Shown here: piece by piece, positions 8,330 to 15,875 of the stretch | Numbering within the stretch: the stretch's first letter is position 1 | Layout of the letters: each line of letters begins with the position of its first letter | Assembly (NCBI GenBank): GCA_002790655.1 | Contig: PFVO01000018.1 | Span: 1 to 53,172, forward strand | Direction of reading: 5' to 3' | From: Candidatus Moranbacteria bacterium CG_4_9_14_3_um_filter_44_28 | Lineage (GTDB): Bacteria > Patescibacteriota > Minisyncoccia > Moranbacterales > UBA11712 | DNA length: 53,172 nucleotides | Translations under genes and position numbers: made by a program | Notes under the pieces: generated by a model | Seen by the model: only the letters and a program-made list of their open reading frames with translations | What the model was told of the DNA's origin: nothing | Database searches by the model: none

Positions 8330-9718
8330 CTATCGTTTTGGAATTTTCGAAACAGCGTATTCATAAAACGCTCTTTTGAATTTCTCTCCGCTCGGAAAAC
8401 CTTTTTTCTGAATTAATAATTTATCATAAATATTTATAATATTTGCCTTAGTGTCGATGGTCACTGATTGGATTCTTTCTGCGTCCGGCAAGTCTTTGTA
8501 GTCTTCCCATCTTTTTGAATCTTCAAGTAATTTTTGGTGTACCGATAAAATAGCTCCGATTACTTTATTAATAGTTTCCATTCGCCCTTCTCGATCAAAA
8601 ATTCTCTCAATTTCTCTTGGTTCTGAAATTTTAGGAACAATAACTTCCCCTTCGGCAATTCTCACTTCTCCGTCTTTACTTACCGCCTTTCCTTTAGGGT
8701 AAGCACGCTCAAGCTCTTCTGAACCACGGCCTATCCTCTTGGACTTTTCCCTGCTGACGCCCTTTGTAAATTTAAAAGCTCGCTTATACGCCTCTGCCAT
8801 CGCTTCATTTCCCCAAACCGTGAATGCACTTTGCGCGTAAGATTCTGCCCATTCTTTAATAACCCACGGAGTACTCCAATAAGGCTTTAAATCTTTTTTG
8901 AATTTTTCAAAACACAGCTCATAAATCTCCTGAATTTCCTCTTTTTGAAGATCTTGAATGCCCTGCTGAAGTTCTTGGAGATCAATATTCCATGCCATCA
9001 AACTTTCATCGGAGATAATGTTAATTCGATCAATTACTAATTTCATTTCTTCGTCAACTGCCGTTTTGATTTTGTGATAAAGTTCTTTCTCTTCCGGATT
9101 TTTGATGGCTTCTTCGAAAGAATTCTTTTCTGCATCCTTATCCTGCGTTTCCTCGCCCAGCAAGTTCTTCACTTTTTCAAGTTCCGCGTTTATGATGGTA
9201 CGATTCTTTTCCGCTTTTGTTCTTTCTAAAACGGCTTCAAGCGTCTGTTCATAATAGACTAAAATAGCTTTTGCAGTTTCCCTCTTGATTTCGGGAATTT
9301 GATCCAGTTCGTCATTGAGAACAGCGCTTTCTAATTCTTCCGTTCGATCTTTATACTTTTCTTGAAGAATCTCCAGCGTATATTTCAAACACTCCTTCAC
9401 CACCTCGTAAGTCTTCAACAATTTTCGCGTTTCTTTTACCCACGGCGCAAGAGTTTTTAATCCGTTTTCTTTTAGTACTTTGGTTAAATTATCCTCCTCA
9501 AAAAAGAGCTTTTTATAATAATCTTCTATTAATTCGATATAACCGTCTTCCAGCCACGCTTGATCTTTCCCTTCTTTTTCCTCAATTGGTAAATCAGGAG
9601 GGGGCAGAGGCGAACCTTCGCCATTTTGCCTCGCTACAGCTTCTCGAAGTAAATTATCTGGCATCGCTCCTTCAGGCAGTTTTTCTATCCTTATTCGATG
9701 TTTGCTTCCTTCTCCCAT
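8330..9718 (-). CDS. Hypothetical all-helical, coiled-coil-rich protein
   Basis: 462-aa ORF, Glu/Lys-rich with heptad-like stretches. First gene after the predicted promoter at 9792-9830. Confidence 0.65.
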   Translation of the reverse strand: MGEGSKHRIRIEKLPEGAMPDNLLREAVARQNGEGSPLPPPDLPIEEKEGKDQAWLEDGYIELIEDYYKKLFFEEDNLTKVLKENGLKTLAPWVKETRKLLKTYEVVKECLKYTLEILQEKYKDRTEELESAVLNDELDQIPEIKRETAKAILVYYEQTLEAVLERTKAEKNRTIINAELEKVKNLLGEETQDKDAEKNSFEEAIKNPEEKELYHKIKTAVDEEMKLVIDRINIISDESLMAWNIDLQELQQGIQDLQKEEIQEIYELCFEKFKKDLKPYWSTPWVIKEWAESYAQSAFTVWGNEAMAEAYKRAFKFTKGVSREKSKRIGRGSEELERAYPKGKAVSKDGEVRIAEGEVIVPKISEPREIERIFDREGRMETINKVIGAILSVHQKLLEDSKRWEDYKDLPDAERIQSVTIDTKANIINIYDKLLIQKKGFPSGEKFKRAFYEYAVSKIPKR

Positions 9719-9791
9719 TTTTATATTTCATAAACCAAAACGAAGCTTATCTTCTAAGTCTTCAAATTTTTTGTTTTTATGTTGCATCTAA

Positions 9792-9830
9792 ATTATACCA
9801 CAAAAATAATCGCAAGAGAACAATGTGGAT
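9792..9830 (-). promoter_or_regulatory. Candidate extended -10 promoter for the 8330-9718 block
   Basis: The minus strand reads tgTGgTATAATttag (TATAAT = complement of 9792-9797, TG at 9799-9800). The -35 is weak. It lies just downstream of terminator 9831-9888. Confidence 0.4.
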
Positions 9831-9888
9831 AAAAAAAGCTCCCAGTGCCGCCTCGAGTGGAATCCACGCAAGTTTGGCACCGGGAGCT
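9831..9888 (-). terminator. Intrinsic terminator after the 135-aa secreted-protein gene
   Basis: On the minus strand agctcccggtgcc ... ggcactgggagct forms a 13-bp stem (one G-U), followed by tttttttat. Confidence 0.7.
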
Positions 9889-9890
9889 TT

Positions 9891-10298
9891 CTAGTCGATT
9901 TGGTTAATCTCCAAAATACATATGGACACCACTGTTCCTTGGGCACACTCAAGGAACACGGTACCAGATCCCTCCCACACTGAAACAACGACCAATCTCC
10001 CGATTTTATTCTTTATAAGGGCGACTCTGGTCACATCGTTAATGATTAAATTATGCGTTTTCACTTCGCCCTTTGGGGTGTGCAATACGCCAGAATTAAA
10101 ATCTACCCACACTCCGGAATTTTTAGCAGCCTGTTCCGCTCCTTTAAAAACCAGAAGCTTTACACCTTTTATCGTGTACGTGCGTTCCGGTTTCACTTCT
10201 GCCGGTGGCTGAGCATTCGTTTCTGCTCTAGCTGCACCGCAAATTGTAAGGCAGAAACAATAGATTGCTACAATCAATAAAGCAATCGGCTTTCTCAT
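9891..10298 (-). CDS. Small secreted hypothetical protein
   Basis: Signal peptide MRKPIALLIVAIYCFCLTICGAARA followed by AETNAQPP. 135 aa with its own terminator. Confidence 0.65.
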   Translation of the reverse strand: MRKPIALLIVAIYCFCLTICGAARAETNAQPPAEVKPERTYTIKGVKLLVFKGAEQAAKNSGVWVDFNSGVLHTPKGEVKTHNLIINDVTRVALIKNKIGRLVVVSVWEGSGTVFLECAQGTVVSICILEINQID

Positions 10299-10339
10299 AA
10301 ACGCCCCTCCCGTGGAAAAATTTTGCGCCTGTCGTCTTG

Positions 10340-10399
10340 CCCCGCACCAAAAATGCGTTTTTCGCGTTTTCTCAATAGTTCTCGAATTTTGGTGCGGGG
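10340..10399. repeat. 13-bp perfect inverted repeat in a divergent intergenic region
   Basis: ccccgcaccaaaa (10340-10352) and ttttggtgcgggg (10387-10399) are separated by 34 nt. They lie between the divergent genes 9891-10298 (-) and 10493-12169 (+). Confidence 0.7.
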
Positions 10400-10433
10400 T
10401 GCACAGAGCGCTTTTTTACCTTGACTATTCTTA

Positions 10434-10463
10434 TTGTCAAATGGCAGGCCATTGCGATATAAT
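10434..10463 (+). promoter_or_regulatory. Candidate sigma70-type promoter for the glycosyltransferase gene
   Basis: TTGTCA (10434-10439), 18-nt spacer, TATAAT (10458-10463), 30 nt upstream of the ATG at 10493. Confidence 0.5.
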
Positions 10464-10492
10464 ATAGTCAGCTGATTAATTTTTTAAGCGGA

Positions 10493-12169
10493 ATGGAAAA
10501 AAGAAAAACAAATATCCCCAAAAAACCTGCCCTAAAAAACAGATTGTTTCAGAGTTTTCGTGATCGGTCATTTCTCCGACATAGACATTTCTACCTGGCG
10601 CTGGCCGCTGCAATTTTTTTCATTGCCATCCTTGCCCGCACTTATCACTTGAGCTCGCTTCCGCCGGGAGTTTATCCCGATGAAGCCGTGAACGGAACCG
10701 ACGCTATAAACGCCATCGAAACCGGCCATTTTAAACTCTTCTATTCCAATAATTACGGCCGCGAGGGGCTTTTTATGAATCTTATCGCTTTGGGATTTAT
10801 GCTTTTCGGAGTGAATGTCATCACTCTCAAAATGTGGGCCGTTCTTTTCGGCGTTCTGACGGTTGCGGGAATGATGCTTCTCGCCCGGGAACTTTTCGGA
10901 ACATATCGGGCCGGGCTTGTTACCGGATTTCTCTATGCCACTTCTTTCTGGGCCATTAATTTCAACCGGATTTCTTTTCGGGCCAATATGCTTCCGTTTG
11001 TTCTGGTTTTCACTTTCTATTTTCTTTTTAAAGGACTTCGCACGGGAAAATTCGCCGACTACATCTGGGCGGGAATATTTTTTGGCCTGGGGGTGCACGG
11101 GTACATTGCTTTTCGAATTGCCCCGCTGATTCTCGTCGCTCTCTTTATCGCTTTTATCATCTCCAAAAAGAAATTTTTGCGCCAATACTGGAAACCCGTC
11201 GCGGCTTTTTCGCTGGCCGCTTTTTTCGTCGCTCTTCCGATGCTTCTCACTTTCTATTTTCATCCCCAGTATTTTGAAACTCGTTCTGAATCCGTATCCG
11301 TTTTATCCTCAAAAGTCAATCAAGGCCATCTCTGGCAGGCGCTTGGAAAAAGCACCGCTTTGACTCTGGGAATGTTCAATTTCCACGGAGACCAGAACTG
11401 GCGCCACAATTTGCCTCGCTATCCGGAACTCGAATTCTTTGCCGGGATATTCTTTCTGGTCGGAGTAGGTTGGATCACGGGAAGATTTTTTTATCTTCTC
11501 TACCTTCGCATCCGGAAGAAAAAACGGAGCGAAGAACTCATAACCGATACGCTTCTTCTTTCCTGGTTTTTCGCCATGCTTCTTCCGGGAATTCTTACTT
11601 ATGAAGGATTGCCTCATGCCTTGCGCGTAACTGGAGTTCTGCCCGTGACTTTTCTTTTTGTCACTTTCGCAATTGAAAAAACTTTCAGGCTTGCGGGAAA
11701 AATCCGTTCCCCGTTTTGGACAAAGGCAAGCTATCTCATTCTCATCGCTGTCATTGTATGGAGCGGATATATCTCCCTGAAAAGATATTTCGTTGACTGG
11801 GCTGGAAGTCCCGAAATTCATCCTGCCTTTGCCCAAAACTTCAAAAACATCGCTCTTTATCTCAATGGTCTTCCGCCAAATGCGAACAAGTATGTTCTTG
11901 CCAACGCCGGCGGCCAGATTATGGACGACGGTTTGCCTGTCTCCGCTGAAGTAGTAAAACTTCTCACCCACTACCGAACTCCCGGAATCACCTATATCCG
12001 GCCCGGCTTTGACCCGAAAGCCATTATGCCACCGGCCAAAGTAGTCCTGATGTACTATGACGGTGAATCAATCGCCTGGATAAAATCGCTCTACCCCGGA
12101 GCAAAACTGCAAAAAGTTGACCCCCAGCCGGGAAACGGAACGGATTTTTTTGTAGTTAATGTTAATTGA
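10493..12169 (+). CDS. ArnT/PMT-like (GT39/GT83-type) polytopic membrane glycosyltransferase
   Basis: First-loop motif PPGVYPDEAVNGTDAINA, many hydrophobic helices and a soluble C-terminal domain. Confidence 0.75.
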   Translation: MEKRKTNIPKKPALKNRLFQSFRDRSFLRHRHFYLALAAAIFFIAILARTYHLSSLPPGVYPDEAVNGTDAINAIETGHFKLFYSNNYGREGLFMNLIALGFMLFGVNVITLKMWAVLFGVLTVAGMMLLARELFGTYRAGLVTGFLYATSFWAINFNRISFRANMLPFVLVFTFYFLFKGLRTGKFADYIWAGIFFGLGVHGYIAFRIAPLILVALFIAFIISKKKFLRQYWKPVAAFSLAAFFVALPMLLTFYFHPQYFETRSESVSVLSSKVNQGHLWQALGKSTALTLGMFNFHGDQNWRHNLPRYPELEFFAGIFFLVGVGWITGRFFYLLYLRIRKKKRSEELITDTLLLSWFFAMLLPGILTYEGLPHALRVTGVLPVTFLFVTFAIEKTFRLAGKIRSPFWTKASYLILIAVIVWSGYISLKRYFVDWAGSPEIHPAFAQNFKNIALYLNGLPPNANKYVLANAGGQIMDDGLPVSAEVVKLLTHYRTPGITYIRPGFDPKAIMPPAKVVLMYYDGESIAWIKSLYPGAKLQKVDPQPGNGTDFFVVNVN

Positions 12170-12177
12170 CACGAAGT

Positions 12178-12269
12178 GTCATCCTGAATCCGCCTTGGCG
12201 GATGAAGGATCTCGTTGATAACTGAATTACACGGGATTCTTCACTTCGCTACGCTACGTTCAGAATGAC
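12178..12269. repeat. Palindromic element, family P1 (GTCATCC...GAATGAC), short copy
   Basis: gtcatcctgaatccgccttggcggatgaaggatc ... gggattcttcacttcgctacgctacgttcagaatgac. The termini are inverted repeats and are shared with 31197-31333 and 45822-45949. Confidence 0.8.
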
Positions 12270-12271
12270 AT

Positions 12272-14074
12272 ATGATAAAAATGCTCGAAAAATACCAAAA
12301 TTATATTGTCGCCGCTATTCTCGCAGTGATGCTAATAGTTTCAATAAGCGTTGCTTTCGGTGATGCCGCTATTATGGACGAAGTGGCTCATATTCCGTCA
12401 GGCTATACTTATATCAAATATCACGACTACCGCCTCAATCCGGAACATCCGCCGATTCTCAAAGACTTGGCAGGAAGTCCTCTCCAGTTTCTCAATTTAA
12501 CCTTCCCAGCCAATGAAAATTTCTGGACTGCAGAACCGAACGGGCAATGGAACGCCGGTTGGAAATTTATTTATCTTCCGGAAAACAATACCGAAGCCCT
12601 GCTTTTTTGGTCGCGCTTCCCTATTATTCTTCTTTCCCTTATTCTGGGACTGGTGATTTTCAAATGGGCGAAAGAACTTTTCGGGGCAAAGGCCGGGCTT
12701 TTGGCGCTTACTCTCTATGCTTTTGACCCCAATGTGTTGGGACATAATCATTACGTTACGACCGATCTGGGAATTGCCGCTTTTTCTGTTTTTGCTTTTT
12801 ATTTTTTCACAAAATGCCTTAAAAACCCGAATTGGAAAATGACGATTTTGGCAGGCATATTCCTGGGATTGGCGCAATTGGCGAAATTTTCCGCAGTGCT
12901 TCTCTTCCCTATTTTCGGACTGACGCTTCTAATTTACATATTTTTCCGAAAAGAGAAACTCAAAAATTCGCTATGGGGTTCGCTTAAAATAAAAAGACTT
13001 TGGTTGCAAAAATTTTATCATTACTCTGTCTCTTTTTTCCTGATTATTGTACTTTGTTTCGCGACAATTTGGTTTTTTTATGCGGCCAATATCTATAATA
13101 TGCCGGCGGAAAAAGTCCACCAGCTCATTGATACTCAACTCTACGGCGGAGCGCAAAATCTGGCGTCTCCCTATCTTCACAAAATGGCGGACAGCGCGGT
13201 GCTTCGGCCCTTTGCCCAATATTTCACCGGATTTTTCATGGTCTTCGGCCGGATAGAAGGCGGAAACACGACATATTTTTTTGGACAGGTAACCAACCAG
13301 AGCTTTCGGGAATATTTCCCTTTGGTATTTCTTATAAAGGAACCTATCCCCATTCTCATTTTGCTGCTCGGCGCAATATCAATCGGACTTTATTTCATTC
13401 TCCGAAATAATCTGGCCGATTTTCCCAAACACATCTGGAAAAATATCAAAAATTATCTGGACAACCATATCACCGAAACGGCCATGCTTCTCTTCATCGC
13501 TCTTTATGCCTATGTCAGCATAACCGGAAATCTCAACATCGGCTTTCGCCATCTTTTCCCGATTCTGCCGTTTATGTACATTCTGATTTCCAAAGAAATC
13601 ATTGCTCTCGGAAAAAGACTGCGAGAACGAACGGGGAGAATTTATGGAGGCGTTGTTGCTGTCCTTTTGCTCTGGCTCGTCGCTGAAACCGCCTTTGCTT
13701 ATCCGAACTATCTTGCCTATTTCAACGAAACCATCGGCGGATCAAAAAACGGCTACAAATACGTAACTGATTCCAATGTCGACTGGGGACAGGATCTGAA
13801 GCGCCTCGCTAAATGGGTCGATGAAAACCACGTTGACAAAATTCGGGTTGATTATTTCGGCGGCGGCGATGTCGGTCATTACCTCGGCGGAAAAGCAACT
13901 ATCTGGCACTCCAGTTCAGGACAGGAGCCCGGCTGGTACGCCATCTCGGCGACATTTTTGCAAAACTCGCTCTACTACAAAATCACGGAAGGGAAGCCAG
14001 ACTATCAGTGGCTACGGGAAAGAACGCCGTACGCGCAAGTTGGGCATTCGATATTGATATACAAGATAAACTAA
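12272..14074 (+). CDS. Second ArnT/PMT-like polytopic membrane glycosyltransferase
   Basis: MDEVAHIPSGYTYI..YRLNPEHPPILKDLAG loop motif, multiple TM helices, 600 aa. In tandem with 10493-12169. Confidence 0.7.
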   Translation: MIKMLEKYQNYIVAAILAVMLIVSISVAFGDAAIMDEVAHIPSGYTYIKYHDYRLNPEHPPILKDLAGSPLQFLNLTFPANENFWTAEPNGQWNAGWKFIYLPENNTEALLFWSRFPIILLSLILGLVIFKWAKELFGAKAGLLALTLYAFDPNVLGHNHYVTTDLGIAAFSVFAFYFFTKCLKNPNWKMTILAGIFLGLAQLAKFSAVLLFPIFGLTLLIYIFFRKEKLKNSLWGSLKIKRLWLQKFYHYSVSFFLIIVLCFATIWFFYAANIYNMPAEKVHQLIDTQLYGGAQNLASPYLHKMADSAVLRPFAQYFTGFFMVFGRIEGGNTTYFFGQVTNQSFREYFPLVFLIKEPIPILILLLGAISIGLYFILRNNLADFPKHIWKNIKNYLDNHITETAMLLFIALYAYVSITGNLNIGFRHLFPILPFMYILISKEIIALGKRLRERTGRIYGGVVAVLLLWLVAETAFAYPNYLAYFNETIGGSKNGYKYVTDSNVDWGQDLKRLAKWVDENHVDKIRVDYFGGGDVGHYLGGKATIWHSSSGQEPGWYAISATFLQNSLYYKITEGKPDYQWLRERTPYAQVGHSILIYKIN

Positions 14075-14201
14075 AAGCTTAAAGCGAAAAACGAAAAGTT
14101 TTGGAACTCGCTTCGCTCGTGACTATTCTTAATTATAAAAAAGCTGTCGCGAAGCGACACCTTAGTTTTTCACTCTTAGTTTTGAGTTTTTAGCTTATAA
14201 T
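14071..14201. repeat. AT-armed palindromic element, family P3, copy 2
   Basis: Homologous to 1091-1218. Internal hairpin gtcgc-gaa-gcgac. It overlaps the stop codon of the plus-strand gene and the last codons of ftsQ. Confidence 0.8.
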
Positions 14202-15060
14202 ATACCTTATTCTTCACTCTCAAATCCAAATAATCCAAATTTTTTCTTTTGTCTCCGCCCAATTCCTTCTCGAAAATTGTCTCGAGGATTTTTTTTGCGT
14301 CTTCCGGAGAAATAACACTTGAAAGCTTCAATATCCAGCCTTCGCCTTCCTTGATTTTCACAATAACTTCCTGCGAGCTAACAGCCGGGGTGTGATAATT
14401 TCCCTCGGTTTGAAGCCCCAAATCATCGACAAGAATCACGTCAATTCGCTTGAGATACTGGATGAATTCCGGATTAATCACGGATTTCCTGATTTCAATC
14501 GGCCGCGCATTGTCATCAACGACAATGAGAAAACGGTCTTTATTTAACTCTTCGTCAGTTGCATTCGCCCCGGCATAGACAAATCCGTCTTTGTCTGCCA
14601 GATAGCAGACCCCCCCGCTGCACCAGACAAGCTCCGGCTGTCTCTCTTTTACTTTTATAAGAATGGCTCTGGGAAATTTCTTCTCGATTGAAGAAATTTC
14701 AAGCCGGTTGAAATCATTTTTCAGTTTCTGGTTTATCCGGTTTTTGCTTGCCAGAAAAAAATTGCGCTTCGAGAGATAATCAAAATATTTTCCGCTCATC
14801 ACCTCGTTGACTTTTGCAATAATCTCCTCTGACGGAATATCTTTGTTGCCTTCAACAGCCACCGACTCGATTTCAAGAAAAGGGGAAAAAAGAAGCATAT
14901 AGCCGCAAACTCCCAAAAATCCCAAAAACAAAACCCAAAAAAGAAAGCGGCTGAACTTGCCTCTTTTTTCTCGACTGTTTCTTCTTGGCACACCGGAATA
15001 GACTTTTGGGTTTCTTCTTTTCCAGCTTTTTTCTTTTTCTTTTTTGCGGAAAAAAGACAT
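14176..15060 (-). CDS. ftsQ: Cell division protein FtsQ/DivIB-like
   Basis: Basic N-terminus, one TM helix (FLFWVLFLGFLGVCGYMLLF) and a POTRA-like start (LEIESVAVEGNKDIPSEEI). Adjacent to a Mur-ligase-like gene. Confidence 0.65.
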   Translation of the reverse strand: MSFFRKKEKEKSWKRRNPKVYSGVPRRNSREKRGKFSRFLFWVLFLGFLGVCGYMLLFSPFLEIESVAVEGNKDIPSEEIIAKVNEVMSGKYFDYLSKRNFFLASKNRINQKLKNDFNRLEISSIEKKFPRAILIKVKERQPELVWCSGGVCYLADKDGFVYAGANATDEELNKDRFLIVVDDNARPIEIRKSVINPEFIQYLKRIDVILVDDLGLQTEGNYHTPAVSSQEVIVKIKEGEGWILKLSSVISPEDAKKILETIFEKELGGDKRKNLDYLDLRVKNKVYYKLKTQN

Positions 15061-15100
15061 ATCTTATATAAAATAAAATATACCAGATACTATATACTAA

Positions 15101-15862
15101 CTATAAGATATTTTTCACCACTTTTGCCGCCATCCAGGCATATATGTTAGTCCGGCCATATTTTTTGATTCTTATGGATTCTTTTTTCCCTTGAAAAACG
15201 AAGTTGAATATCTGGCCTTGGGCATCTGTCTTGAGGTCTTCGGCCCGGGCATCTGCATCCTCGGCGAAGCCATAAGTGACAATTTTTGCTTTTGAAAAAC
15301 CAGCGAGACTTTTCACTCTTTCGTCGTCGCTATTGAGCAGCAGATATCCTTTTGCTGGAAGTTCTTTTGCCAGAAACTTCATTTCCTCGAAAATTTTCTC
15401 GAGGCTCGAATTTGAATAGGTATAGCTTCCTTCAATATTCGTGACAATCGCCATTTCCGGATGAACCATTTCGAGAAGATATTCCATGTCGCCTTTTTCT
15501 TCTACGCCAAGTTCGAGAACCAATTTTTTGGGAAATTTTCGCAAGAATAGGGCTCTCATTTTGGCTTGGACAAGTATTTTCAGCCATCGCAGCATTGATG
15601 ATTCTCCCGAATCAAGATAAAGAATTGCAAGAGGCAGTCCGATTTCCGTGTTATAGGATTTGGGATTTCCCCGAACCTCTTTTTCGCCATATTTTTCCCG
15701 CAGAAATTTGAGGATATAATCCTTAGTCGTGGTTTTGTTCGTGCTTCCCGCCACGGCGACAATGAACGGCCTGTGGCGCCAAAGAGTGATCTTCGTGAAG
15801 AGCTTGAGGTGGAATTGGACGATTTTTTTGAGTATTTTTTTCATGGCATTTTTCTCTAACAT
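15101..15862 (-). CDS. Mur ligase family protein, MurF-like central domain only
   Basis: IVAVAGSTNKTTTKDYI (GxxGKT-type P-loop), NTEIGLPL, ELGVEEKGDM..VTNIEG, LNSDDERV. Only 253 aa, with no C-terminal ligase domain. Confidence 0.6.
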   Translation of the reverse strand: MLEKNAMKKILKKIVQFHLKLFTKITLWRHRPFIVAVAGSTNKTTTKDYILKFLREKYGEKEVRGNPKSYNTEIGLPLAILYLDSGESSMLRWLKILVQAKMRALFLRKFPKKLVLELGVEEKGDMEYLLEMVHPEMAIVTNIEGSYTYSNSSLEKIFEEMKFLAKELPAKGYLLLNSDDERVKSLAGFSKAKIVTYGFAEDADARAEDLKTDAQGQIFNFVFQGKKESIRIKKYGRTNIYAWMAAKVVKNIL

Positions 15863-15875
15863 CGAATGTTAGGAT

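Noticed and set aside
9824-9832. Perfect DnaA box TGTGGATAA as a sign of oriC
   Set aside because: It is a single box with no cluster, no adjacent dnaA or dnaN, and no AT-rich unwinding element pattern. One 9-mer hit in 53 kb on two strands is expected by chance at appreciable frequency.
1212-10298. Calling the block an integrative conjugative element or canonical type IV secretion system
   Set aside because: Only the coupling-protein-like ATPase is recognisable. No relaxase, VirB4/VirB11 ATPases, VirB6/8/9/10-like proteins, pilin, integrase or att-like flanks are seen in the window.
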